IMG/VR virus record: IMGVR_UViG_3300034279_000305
Location: 1 to 64,000 of that record
Source of the DNA: a virus
Length of the DNA stretch: 64,000 bases
Strand: one strand, 5' to 3'
Part shown: positions 18,551 through 27,310 of the stretch, in pieces
Numbering within the stretch: the first letter of the stretch is position 1
Layout of the letters: each line of letters opens with the position of its first letter
Notes under the pieces: model-generated
Seen by the model: only the letters and a program-made list of their open reading frames with translations
Databases searched by the model: none
Told to the model about the DNA's origin: nothing
Program-made: the position numbers and the translations under genes

Positions 18551-18832
18551 CTATGCAGCAAACTCTTGGTCGACCCACTCTTGGCGACGAGCATCAGCAC
18601 GTTTGTTGTATGCATTCGCTTCGACCTGCTGATTGGTGAAGTCGACGATGTGGGTCAGTTCGTCCACACCCTTGTCTGCGATGTCCGCGAGACATGCAGA
18701 GAGATACCCGAGAACGAAGGAGTTGTTGCCATCACCGAGAGTGCGGAGATTGACGAACAACTGGTCGACCAGATCCTTGGTGGAGTAGACACGAGTCACA
18801 GCAGGGTGGCAGTAGTTTACAGAATCAGTCAT
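18551..18832 (-). CDS. Hypothetical early protein
   Basis: ORF in an operon with the upstream gene. Confidence 0.65.
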   Translation of the reverse strand: MTDSVNYCHPAVTRVYSTKDLVDQLFVNLRTLGDGNNSFVLGYLSACLADIADKGVDELTHIVDFTNQQVEANAYNKRADARRQEWVDQEFAA

Positions 18833-18834
18833 AA

Positions 18835-19065
18835 TTACATGCTCCAGTAGGTTTCAGAGGAAGGATCGCAAGCGAGAGGAGTATTGACAGGGATCTTTAC
18901 TTCCTTGCCAGACATCAGCGAGGTGACGGTCTTGGTGGTAAATTGTCCCAGATAGAACGCTTCAGCGAGAGCATCGCGCTTCAGACGGTGGGCATTGACC
19001 ATTTCATTGCCATTCTTCATCACGAGGTAGACGCCATTCATTTTTTCAACGGTAAACATAATCAA
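18835..19065 (-). CDS. Hypothetical early protein
   Basis: C-terminal TPLACDPSSETYWSM; RBS and promoter upstream. Confidence 0.7.
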   Translation of the reverse strand: MIMFTVEKMNGVYLVMKNGNEMVNAHRLKRDALAEAFYLGQFTTKTVTSLMSGKEVKIPVNTPLACDPSSETYWSM

Positions 19066-19086
19066 GTTCCTTTTCTTAGTATTACC

Positions 19087-19115
19087 ATTCTACCCCAAAA
19101 CGTGCCAGAAGTCAA
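19087..19115 (-). promoter_or_regulatory. Early promoter
   Basis: TTGACT-17 bp-TAGAAT with TTTTGGGG. Confidence 0.8.
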
Positions 19116-19282
19116 CACTTTTCTTGCTTCCCGACAACTTTTTTTTGTGCGGGTGTCGCGGTCAGTGGCGAAGTGTGAGTGGACTAAGACGAACCTCGAC
19201 ACACCCCGACACGCCCCATTTCACTCCATTCGATTCAAGAACAGGACTATGCGTAATTTACACTAAATGTTAGTGAAAATCA

Positions 19283-19519
19283 CTAACTTACTCCAAACAG
19301 TTCATCTAATGCTATTTGCTTCTCACTAGGAATTCTTTCTATTGGGTATCTATTCCCTGCAGGAAATCCGATATATGCATTCAGTTTATTGAGAGTGTTT
19401 CTCTCTTCCACCCATGCCTGCATCTTATCATCATCATTTAGCATATCATACGTCCAGTCGTCAATACGCTTCTGTAAATCATCAAATGTTCTAGCAGTCA
19501 TTCTGTTAGATCTTTCCAT
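19283..19519 (-). CDS. Hypothetical protein ending LDELFGVS
   Basis: ORF coupled to the upstream gene; the true start may be the internal ATG at 19501. Confidence 0.6.
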   Translation of the reverse strand: MERSNRMTARTFDDLQKRIDDWTYDMLNDDDKMQAWVEERNTLNKLNAYIGFPAGNRYPIERIPSEKQIALDELFGVS

Positions 19520-19992
19520 TCTTGCACGGATATTCTCTCTTTGGTTCTCATAAATTCGTTATAGATTTTTAGTTCTTCTCGCAGATCCTCCAGAGAATAT
19601 ACATCGTTTGGTACATGCACATCCTCTACTACTGCGGTATCATCTATCCGAGTGTTCGTTCTGGGAGACTGAGACAGTTTACTTCTTGGAATATACTGCT
19701 CGAGATCGTAGAAGTCAATGATTCGGAAGTTGCATCCTAATAGATTATGCATATATGGACGAGAGTGCAGGATATAGATGGTGTTCGGGAAGGATTTGGA
19801 GAGTGGGAGAGAGGATTTCACTCGATCTAGAGGATTGCGAAGGACTACTACAGGATTATGGTGCTCCTTCCAGTTGTCTATAGTGTATTCAGTTGAAGTA
19901 TATGGAGCAATTCCGAAGTAGTGATACATGTTTGTGTGTCCGCAGCGAGTTTCTGCCATCACAGCAAAGGTGTCCGTGCAGAACAGGAACAT
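19498..19992 (-). CDS. Sulfotransferase-like protein (paralog of 17197-17730)
   Basis: RCGHTNM, LRNPLDRV and the shared segment NFRIIDFYDLEQYIPR. Confidence 0.55.
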   Translation of the reverse strand: MFLFCTDTFAVMAETRCGHTNMYHYFGIAPYTSTEYTIDNWKEHHNPVVVLRNPLDRVKSSLPLSKSFPNTIYILHSRPYMHNLLGCNFRIIDFYDLEQYIPRSKLSQSPRTNTRIDDTAVVEDVHVPNDVYSLEDLREELKIYNEFMRTKERISVQEWKDLTE

Positions 19993-19993
19993 A

Positions 19994-20524
19994 TCAGTCT
20001 ATTACAAATGACCAGAGAGATGTTCCAGAGTAGAACGTCGCCTGTTTGCCCAGCATTTCTTCTAGTCGGTTTACATTCAATTTTACGTCTGGGAACATGC
20101 TCAGATAGTCATGTCCGCACAGTAGACCACCACTCTTTAGATTCTTTAGTGCAAACTGGATAATCTCCCAGTCATTGGGATTCTTATGTGCTGCATCGAT
20201 AAAGAATATATCTGCAGGTTTGTCTACGTATCTCGAGTATGGGAAGTATGGGCAGAGGTTTAGAATGGGAGTGATGTTGGGGATATCCTTGGTGTTCTCT
20301 TGGAACTGCGGATAGAAATCTGCACCCGTAGATGGATCATAGAATGCATCCACGCAATATACATTCACGGAGGGATCGCAGGACTTTGCCCACGCGATTG
20401 CACTGCGTCCATACAGACTGCCGACCTCTACGATGACTCCATTCTCTGGGACTGCACTCGCCCATCTCTCGATGCAGCGGAGTTCACTCTCATTCATGTG
20501 TCCGTCAATTGTCGTATCATACAT
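19994..20524 (-). CDS. Class I SAM-dependent methyltransferase (Methyltransf_24-like)
   Basis: IVEVGSLYGRS, YCVD, FFIDAAH, LKSGGLLCGHDY. Confidence 0.85.
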   Translation of the reverse strand: MYDTTIDGHMNESELRCIERWASAVPENGVIVEVGSLYGRSAIAWAKSCDPSVNVYCVDAFYDPSTGADFYPQFQENTKDIPNITPILNLCPYFPYSRYVDKPADIFFIDAAHKNPNDWEIIQFALKNLKSGGLLCGHDYLSMFPDVKLNVNRLEEMLGKQATFYSGTSLWSFVID

Positions 20525-20651
20525 TCTTCAACGCCTCCTCTGCTATATTTGCACAGGTGTATCCGTGTCCATGTCCGTGTGAGTGTCCAAATCTCTCGAT
20601 ACGCTCGAGCGCATCTTTGTATCGCTGGAGAGTCTTTTCCGTCTCATTCAT
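20517..20651 (-). CDS. Small hypothetical protein with a GHSHGHGHG motif
   Basis: Hand translation MNETEKTLQRYKDALERIERFGHSHGHGHGYTCANIAEEALKNV*; fills the gap between neighbours. Confidence 0.55.
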   Translation of the reverse strand: MNETEKTLQRYKDALERIERFGHSHGHGHGYTCANIAEEALKNV

Positions 20652-20652
20652 G

Positions 20653-21069
20653 TCAGATACCAGACTTCTTTACCAGATCCTTGTATCCACGCCACGATGG
20701 ATGGATTTTGTCAGGTTGGACGTAGGAAGTAGAGATAGTGACATCATTGTATTGTGCAGCAATCTGCTTTACGATGGCATTTACCTTGGGTTTACAGAAT
20801 CCGCTGTTACATGGAGGCATAATCCATACGACCTTCACGGAGCGAATACGATATCGAATCTTCTGTAGTTCTTTGAAGGTATTCACACCGTTGTGGTCGT
20901 TGGTGCCCAGACTGATTACTACAGTCTTTGCCTCGAGTGGAGTGCTACCCCAGCGTTTGTTCCACTGCCAGGTGTTGAATCCACCCTTGGAGTAGGATAC
21001 GCACTCAGTGGGTGCAAACATCTTGGTGCCAACTGCGATACTGTCACCCATAATTAAACATTCTAACAT
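20653..21069 (-). CDS. SGNH/GDSL hydrolase-like protein
   Basis: GDSIAVG, SLGTND, DKIHP. Confidence 0.8.
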   Translation of the reverse strand: MLECLIMGDSIAVGTKMFAPTECVSYSKGGFNTWQWNKRWGSTPLEAKTVVISLGTNDHNGVNTFKELQKIRYRIRSVKVVWIMPPCNSGFCKPKVNAIVKQIAAQYNDVTISTSYVQPDKIHPSWRGYKDLVKKSGI

Positions 21070-21215
21070 AATATATTTCCTTTAAAAATGATACTCAACC
21101 CAGTAGTAGGCAGTCTTGCCACTAGACCATGTTACCTTGCTGCCGCGATATCGTTTATACGGAACCAGCGGTGATTCAGTTGGTAGTGGTAGTTTCTTCC
21201 ACTCTTTCTCTGTCA

Positions 21216-21398
21216 TTATTTTACTCCGAACAGTTTGTCTAATGCAGTCTGCTTGTATGTGTCTGCCATGTGCGCATTGAGCGCATCACCTAGATTTTCA
21301 GTGTATTCATCGAGGATGACATAATCTGCCGACCTACCTTGGATATGGTGCGACTGATTCTTGTAATTCACCCATGGATCATCATCATAGTGTCCCAT
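21216..21398 (-). CDS. Small hypothetical protein ending LDKLFGVK
   Basis: ORF coupled to its neighbours. Confidence 0.55.
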   Translation of the reverse strand: MGHYDDDPWVNYKNQSHHIQGRSADYVILDEYTENLGDALNAHMADTYKQTALDKLFGVK

Positions 21399-21685
21399 TA
21401 GATGCTCTGACTGTCACGGTTTTCGTTCATGCGCTTGATGTCAGCAGCACGTTGCTTCTTGAGTTCTTCCGCAGTGGCAACTGCATTCTTCTGCGTGTCA
21501 TATTCAACCAGTTCAGCACTGGTCATGTTGGACTGTAGATCTGCAATGATAGACTGGAATCGTTGGACTTCGCTGCTCGTAGGAGCATAGCGAGTGACCG
21601 ACTCGAGTCGAGTCTCGGCGAGTCTCAACTTATCGAATGCATTAAACGTTTCGGCAGTTTTGGTGTTAATCATAATATCAGGCAT
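21398..21685 (-). CDS. Hypothetical early protein
   Basis: RBS and promoter upstream. Confidence 0.65.
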   Translation of the reverse strand: MPDIMINTKTAETFNAFDKLRLAETRLESVTRYAPTSSEVQRFQSIIADLQSNMTSAELVEYDTQKNAVATAEELKKQRAADIKRMNENRDSQSI

Positions 21686-21717
21686 AATCTAGTTTCCTAT
21701 TCAATCTTAGAATTACC

Positions 21718-21746
21718 ATTCTACCCTATAATTGGGCAGAAGTCAA
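21718..21746 (-). promoter_or_regulatory. Early promoter
   Basis: TTGACT-17 bp-TAGAAT. Confidence 0.75.
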
Positions 21747-21755
21747 TAGTTTTCT

Positions 21756-21998
21756 TCACGTAATGTCAATCTGCACACGCTCAACTTCTGCCCATGGGTC
21801 GCTGTGGTTGAACATACCATCTTGGTCGAAGTAGTGTGTTTGCATTTCGAGTTGAACCTTTACAACACGCATTATCCCATTGTCATCTGTCTTGACATAT
21901 TCCACCACACGGAATTCCTGCCTCTCGGGCATAATGATGGGAATCGGCGGGAGTTGGACAGGTGGTTGGTATGCCCGACGCAGAGGTCTTTGAGTCAT
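21756..21998 (-). CDS. Hypothetical protein
   Basis: ATGA overlap with the upstream ORF. Confidence 0.6.
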   Translation of the reverse strand: MTQRPLRRAYQPPVQLPPIPIIMPERQEFRVVEYVKTDDNGIMRVVKVQLEMQTHYFDQDGMFNHSDPWAEVERVQIDIT

Positions 21999-22372
21999 CG
22001 CTTGTTCTTCCTTTGTTGTTCAATGAAATCTTTGTTACCGACCCATGTGTATGCCTTGTAACGAACAGAGTTGTCTGCGTGGTCCATCTGTTTGGTGAAC
22101 GAGAAATGTCCATCTTCCATCATCTTCTCTGCCAACTTACCAGCAAGTTCTTTCTTGAGATAATTTTGCAAATCTCCCTCAGACATACCAGATGCGAGAA
22201 TCCAATCAAGATCATACTTCATGGTATAGTCTAGCAGTTCTCCAGATAGATTATAATCGTATTTGATCGGAGCAGCAGTGATTGATCCGCCCGAGATGCC
22301 ACTAGACGGAATACGAAGACTGTCCCAGTCCATTGGTCTGAAATTGCTATTGTTATTGTCAATAATTGCCAT
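21995..22372 (-). CDS. Hypothetical protein
   Basis: ORF in a contiguous minus-strand run. Confidence 0.6.
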   Translation of the reverse strand: MAIIDNNNSNFRPMDWDSLRIPSSGISGGSITAAPIKYDYNLSGELLDYTMKYDLDWILASGMSEGDLQNYLKKELAGKLAEKMMEDGHFSFTKQMDHADNSVRYKAYTWVGNKDFIEQQRKNKR

Positions 22373-22528
22373 TATTCTTCAACCCATTCAATCTGGTGTG
22401 ATGCTACCACTCGCTTGTGGATATTACCACCATCGTCCTCCAGAACAAGTGTCACTGCGGTAGAGTTTACCCGATTGTTCAATGCATGCACGAAATATAC
22501 CTTGCCTACATCTTCCCAATCGTCACTA

Positions 22529-22717
22529 TTAATCTTGCATCTCATGTTCTGCCTCCGTATCTACAATATGCAACAGATTAGGTGCAGACGAGGCAAAGAA
22601 TGCTCGATTAAACTGTTGATTGATTGCTGTGTAGTCTGATGATTTTTGTCGCACTACATACTCACTGCGACTGTCATCTGTCCATCTACGTAACTCATAC
22701 CTCATTGGAAACTCCAT
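22529..22717 (-). CDS. Hypothetical protein
   Basis: ORF in a contiguous minus-strand run. Confidence 0.5.
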   Translation of the reverse strand: MEFPMRYELRRWTDDSRSEYVVRQKSSDYTAINQQFNRAFFASSAPNLLHIVDTEAEHEMQD

Positions 22718-23283
22718 CCTCTATCAGTAAATTTCTCTATTCTCTTTGTACTTAAATGGTTTGCATGCTTTGGATTCTTAATCAGCGTCTTGCTCTTGAT
22801 AGCATCGTACTGCTGACGAGAGATAAACAACTGCTGCGTTACCATATCGAAGTATGGCATACAATGCACAAAGTCGAAAGTCTCGCGTTGTTCCTTACCA
22901 GTCATGGTGATTACCTGCAGTCCATTCTTGAACGTAATTGCATTGGGAGTAACTAACTTACCCTTCACCTTTATCTCTGCTATGTATCCAGGAGTAACTC
23001 CTGCGACCTCGTTGAGAGTCGGAGTGTCGCTCATTACGAACCTCTCGGCAGCCTGAGCAGTCACAAAATCCTTTAGGTAGACGTCCCAGTCATGGACTTC
23101 TTCATATAGGAATAGAGACGCGAAACATCCACCAGTCAAGATAGATTCTTTGAAATATGGATAGGTATCGGTTGGTAGGTCGGATAGTAGTTCGCGCAGT
23201 TTCTTCTGCGCGATATCCTTCACGGACTCGATTTCTTTACGTTCAGCGTCAGAGAATGTAGCGATCAAAATAATTTCCTTCAT
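22702..23283 (-). CDS. Pol-beta-superfamily nucleotidyltransferase-like protein
   Basis: ILTGGCFASL...VHDWDVY (hG[GS]..DxD), FDFVHC and a C-terminal RIEKFTDRGW. Confidence 0.65.
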   Translation of the reverse strand: MKEIILIATFSDAERKEIESVKDIAQKKLRELLSDLPTDTYPYFKESILTGGCFASLFLYEEVHDWDVYLKDFVTAQAAERFVMSDTPTLNEVAGVTPGYIAEIKVKGKLVTPNAITFKNGLQVITMTGKEQRETFDFVHCMPYFDMVTQQLFISRQQYDAIKSKTLIKNPKHANHLSTKRIEKFTDRGWSFQ

Positions 23284-23294
23284 AATATAAACAC

Positions 23295-23323
23295 ATTCTA
23301 CCGTAAATTGGTGGAAAAGTCAA
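23295..23323 (-). promoter_or_regulatory. Early promoter
   Basis: TTGACT-17 bp-TAGAAT. Confidence 0.75.
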
Positions 23324-24759
23324 GCGATATTTGGAATAAATCCGAACGTAGATGTTTCTTTTTTGATTGTCGCTGGGATGAGTGCATCTACCAGACTGTT
23401 CATATTGAACACCTGCGGAGCGATGAGTGTGATGACATCACACGCAGTAAATGGATTCTGCCCAGACAGAATCTTGACGATCTTGTCGATGCAGTTAAAT
23501 ACAGTGCCGACGATTGGGATTGCCTTGACAAATCCAGGAGCAGCATCGATGAGAGCATGTATCTGTGCAATCAAACTACCGCGGAAAATGCGTCGCGCCT
23601 TGTCGATGTAGTAATCGAAGGCATCCTCCAGTTGGTGGAACAGATATTCCTTACCGAAGTGCACCTTGTTCTTCTTGAGTTCAGTCGATATATCGCTTAT
23701 GCCAATCATACTACCGACGCTACCGAGAAATGGTATACTGATGCCAAGCACTGTATTGATGCCATCATCCAATAGACTCTGCGCTGATAATATCTTGTCG
23801 TTGATCTGTTGCTGCGCTTCTTCCTTCGCAATCTCGGATAGATTACCGTCAGCAATGGACTCTGCTAATGTCTTTGCGCTGGTAATCTGACTGGCGACAG
23901 ATGTCTTAATAGAATCAAGAGATGCCTTGATGGCAGTCTCGATAGCAATTGTTGGATCGACACCACTTAGCACTGCCTTGATTGCAGTACCAATAACTGG
24001 GATATTCTCTAGCAGACCGACGATTGCATTGATAGCACTACCAATCCAGTCGTTGAGAGTCTTATTCAACCAGTCTTGTGCCTTCTGCCATACCTCTTCC
24101 GCAGTCATCTCTGGAACATTAACGCCAAGTTTACCATCAAATCGATACGACAATCCAAGGATAGATGCTGCTGATGTAATGTTGCTGGCAATTGCTGCCT
24201 TGATGGTAGCATTACCAGATGGCGTGAACATGTCACCAACTACAGCGCCTGGAGCAAATGGTAGTGGTATATCGAGGGGTGTTGGTATACCGAGAACACC
24301 GATGATCTCAGTCAGAATCTCGACAACCTTCTTCTTGAAGAATTGCTCGATGTTCTTGTGGATCTCTCGTGCCCGATACTTTGCCTCCATCTCTTTCGAG
24401 TGCAGGACAGAAAATGGTCGGGGAGATAGGAATGATTGGATTTGGTCGATTAACTCCTCGACCTGCATCATTTTGTCCAGCACATCCAGCACTTGCTCTG
24501 GTGCCAAACGCTCGAGTGCAGTTGTCAGGTTTGCAGCATCAACAGAACTGATGTATCCCTTCGTTCTGATTATAGTACGCTTCTGGTTAGAGATGTCATC
24601 CTCCGCAGCGTTCATTGCTGTTGCCAACTGGGATTTTATCTGTCCTGGAAGTTGCGAGACGCCTCGGAAATACTCGTTTAGATTTCCGAGCGACAAATCT
24701 CCTCCTGCACCTGCACAGTCGAGATTAGATACGATGGGGAGTTGGATCGTTACTGTCAT
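23320..24759 (-). CDS. Hypothetical helical protein, possibly late/virion-associated
   Basis: 479-aa ORF preceded by the late-promoter variant AATAAATA. Confidence 0.6.
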   Translation of the reverse strand: MTVTIQLPIVSNLDCAGAGGDLSLGNLNEYFRGVSQLPGQIKSQLATAMNAAEDDISNQKRTIIRTKGYISSVDAANLTTALERLAPEQVLDVLDKMMQVEELIDQIQSFLSPRPFSVLHSKEMEAKYRAREIHKNIEQFFKKKVVEILTEIIGVLGIPTPLDIPLPFAPGAVVGDMFTPSGNATIKAAIASNITSAASILGLSYRFDGKLGVNVPEMTAEEVWQKAQDWLNKTLNDWIGSAINAIVGLLENIPVIGTAIKAVLSGVDPTIAIETAIKASLDSIKTSVASQITSAKTLAESIADGNLSEIAKEEAQQQINDKILSAQSLLDDGINTVLGISIPFLGSVGSMIGISDISTELKKNKVHFGKEYLFHQLEDAFDYYIDKARRIFRGSLIAQIHALIDAAPGFVKAIPIVGTVFNCIDKIVKILSGQNPFTACDVITLIAPQVFNMNSLVDALIPATIKKETSTFGFIPNIA

Positions 24760-24768
24760 AAGAGATAT

Positions 24769-24975
24769 TTATTCCTTATTCATAAGACTCTTATGTATTT
24801 CCGCCATACGAATTATGAGATTGGCAACAGCAAGTACGAAGCAGATAGGAAGCATCGCAAAGAAGTTGGTCTGTCCAATTGCAGTACCAACGATAATGAA
24901 GTGTGCAGCAGCAATTCCTAGCGCGAGTAGGACTGCGTCTGCCACAACCTTCATGGATAGATTAACAAACATCAT
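24769..24975 (-). CDS. Small membrane protein
   Basis: Two hydrophobic segments. Confidence 0.55.
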   Translation of the reverse strand: MMFVNLSMKVVADAVLLALGIAAAHFIIVGTAIGQTNFFAMLPICFVLAVANLIIRMAEIHKSLMNKE

Positions 24976-25511
24976 CGACCGACCAATATATCTAAACCAC
25001 GCTCCTGCCAGTTATCGCAGATATCGTTCGAGTGTTCCCAGAGCATATCGTAATACTCGTCGCTGTCCTCTTCCAGTTCCTCGAGAGCAGGAACCTCGCG
25101 TCGAATCATTGCTTCGATTTGGTCAGAGTCTAAGGATGAACCAGTGTCTCCGAGAGCAGTGAAAATGTGGTATCCAATGAAGTTCGGACACTCATCCTCG
25201 TATTCGATCTCGAGTCTTGCATCAGGATCGATTGCGATAATCTGGTCTGCCATCCACTGAACAAAATGTTGCGGCCAGTCCCATGCGCTAACTACACGCA
25301 CGCAATTGTCCCATACCGTGTCAACATAGCAATACTTAGATCCGATGTTTTCCAGCATCCAGTCCCAAGTGATGTCTTCCTTGGCGACATCGAACAATGA
25401 GGTTACTGATGCGTGCGGATCAGTATCTATCTTGGCAAACCACTGATTGACAAGATCCATTGCCTGTTCGTTGCAAACGAAAGCAATTCTAGTAGTAACA
25501 TTATTCGCCAT
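24972..25511 (-). CDS. Hypothetical protein (YubB/DUF1281 ferredoxin-like)
   Basis: MANNV start, WDWMLENIGSKY, SAWDWP, YEDECPNFIG. Confidence 0.55.
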   Translation of the reverse strand: MANNVTTRIAFVCNEQAMDLVNQWFAKIDTDPHASVTSLFDVAKEDITWDWMLENIGSKYCYVDTVWDNCVRVVSAWDWPQHFVQWMADQIIAIDPDARLEIEYEDECPNFIGYHIFTALGDTGSSLDSDQIEAMIRREVPALEELEEDSDEYYDMLWEHSNDICDNWQERGLDILVGR

Positions 25512-25536
25512 AACAATCTCCTTATCGTATACACAC

Positions 25537-25565
25537 AGTATACTTCATTTCAGGAGAATTGTCAA
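25537..25565 (-). promoter_or_regulatory. Early promoter
   Basis: TTGACA-17 bp-TATACT. Confidence 0.75.
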
Positions 25566-26221
25566 GCCATTTTTGAGTAATTTTGTGAAGTTTTTTTGAA
25601 GCATGCCCATGCTGCTTCTTGGAACTCGTCTGTCATATGAGAGGAGAGTCCATACTTATCGACTGCGATAGAGATATCTTTATACTTAATCTCGCACCAG
25701 CGCCATACATTGTCCTTGACATATGCATCGTAGTATTCGTTGTCAATCACGTAGTCGTGTGCCATGATAATATCGTCTGTCTTCAGAATACGAGAAAACA
25801 GATTAAACTCAGCAGGTTTATTACCGCCATCGCATAGCACGAGAGTCTGTCCATCACTCTGAATGTAGTCAAAGATGCGATCCAGATCCTCGAATGCATC
25901 CATTACTCGAACATCGACACCTCTGTTGCGCAGTCGATCTGCATGTTGAGTTTCTCTAATGTCATATGTGATGATTGGGGTATCACGGACCTCTGCACCG
26001 TTGGTAAAAATGATGTCTGTAAGTGCAAGTGTGAGTCCACCCTTTGCAGTACCAATCTCTAGGACGCGAGTGATGTTCTCTTGTGCAAATAGTTTATCAA
26101 ATGCAGCGTAGAAGTTCTTGTTCTGTTGCGTGAAGATACCATTATAGATGCCACCACCCCATTGGTGCTTCCAGTTGGGAAACTCTGATTCGAATGCTTC
26201 TTTGGGAATTTCAAACGCCAT
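25562..26221 (-). CDS. SAM-dependent methyltransferase (CmcI-like)
   Basis: VLEIGTAKGG, ITYDI, LCDGG, IMAHDY. Confidence 0.7.
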   Translation of the reverse strand: MAFEIPKEAFESEFPNWKHQWGGGIYNGIFTQQNKNFYAAFDKLFAQENITRVLEIGTAKGGLTLALTDIIFTNGAEVRDTPIITYDIRETQHADRLRNRGVDVRVMDAFEDLDRIFDYIQSDGQTLVLCDGGNKPAEFNLFSRILKTDDIIMAHDYVIDNEYYDAYVKDNVWRWCEIKYKDISIAVDKYGLSSHMTDEFQEAAWACFKKTSQNYSKMA

Positions 26222-26787
26222 CAGAATCCTCCATATGACCAGTGGACGGTGGAGTAACGAATACCCGACGTTAGTTCATCCACTTGGTGTCTAATATATG
26301 AGGGAAATACTAATAGATCCCCCTGATCAAAATCGAATGATGCTCGTTTCTCGTCCACTGTCAATGCAAATTTACCACCTTCGAAGGAACCACGATCAGA
26401 GAGCAGCACGATTGCGCTGATTTTTCTAACTGGTCGAGAAACGTGGTTGGCATAATTTGTCGGGTAGATAATGTCGTGGTGCATCTTAAATTTACCACCA
26501 GCATTGTAACGAATGAAGTTGTTCTCACTACAATGCTCGAAAATATTGATGTTCCACATCTCTTCGTTGAGTTGTGCAACTGCTTGTTTAACTTTAAGAC
26601 AATATGGATTTGTAGGATTAATCATGCACTGCTCAGAGGTGCGTGCATCGTTGACTCCAGAATTATATCCACCAGTGGTTTGACTTGGGGCGAGAGGTTT
26701 CTCGAGTTGCTCTTTAATAAACTCTTCTGCCTCTTGCTTCATATAACCACGCCAGATAAAGGCAGGACCAATTCTCTCAAATGCCAT
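26221..26787 (-). CDS. 2OG-Fe(II) oxygenase (prolyl-4-hydroxylase-like)
   Basis: FKMHHD, RKISAIVLLS..FEGG, LVFPSYIRHQVDELTSGIRYS. Confidence 0.88.
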   Translation of the reverse strand: MAFERIGPAFIWRGYMKQEAEEFIKEQLEKPLAPSQTTGGYNSGVNDARTSEQCMINPTNPYCLKVKQAVAQLNEEMWNINIFEHCSENNFIRYNAGGKFKMHHDIIYPTNYANHVSRPVRKISAIVLLSDRGSFEGGKFALTVDEKRASFDFDQGDLLVFPSYIRHQVDELTSGIRYSTVHWSYGGF

Positions 26788-27110
26788 CAGTAATATATTC
26801 CCTTGAATGCTTCTACTGGAATCTCTCCTTTAGGAATGCGATCATTCACATCGTGTTCCAGGGTGTCCAGTGCGTATTGTGTAATAGATGCTGCCCATTT
26901 TTGTTTATCTCCCAAGGCAGAGGTCAAAATATTTTTGGAGATAACTTGGAGGAATGAACCGATAGCAATTAGATCCTGTGGATCATCGCAATACTGGATA
27001 GATTCACAGATAAAATCGTCAATTTCCTCTATCATAACATGTATTTTCTCTCTCTTCTCAGAGACAGTTAAACGTCGATGCTGACGAGATGGTATGTTTT
27101 CTTCGTTCAT
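26787..27110 (-). CDS. Hypothetical protein
   Basis: ORF following an AATAAATA late-like motif. Confidence 0.6.
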   Translation of the reverse strand: MNEENIPSRQHRRLTVSEKREKIHVMIEEIDDFICESIQYCDDPQDLIAIGSFLQVISKNILTSALGDKQKWAASITQYALDTLEHDVNDRIPKGEIPVEAFKGIYY

Positions 27111-27121
27111 GCATCTATTTA

Positions 27122-27310
27122 TTACCCGTCAATACGACCCAATCTGTGAATCAGGTTAGAGATAATTGCCACATCTGGATGCGGGTCTCGTTCGCTGACA
27201 CCTTCTGTTCGCATGCACTCGATAAGATACGAGTGCAATGCACGCTTAATTACTGGATAATCTGTTGGTGCGAATGTTCCACCTTTTGCTTCTTTAACCA
27301 TTAGTCCCAT
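27122..27310 (-). CDS. Hypothetical protein
   Basis: Translationally coupled ORF. Confidence 0.55.
   Translation of the reverse strand: MGLMVKEAKGGTFAPTDYPVIKRALHSYLIECMRTEGVSERDPHPDVAIISNLIHRLGRIDG

Noticed and set aside
21216-21398. Terminase pseudogene (GRSADYVILDE resembles a Walker B motif)
   Set aside because: Only a short motif in a 60-aa ORF, with no other terminase remnants nearby.
23927-25162. 411-aa plus-strand ORF
   Set aside because: Antisense to three coherent minus-strand genes, with no motif; consistent with a codon-bias shadow.
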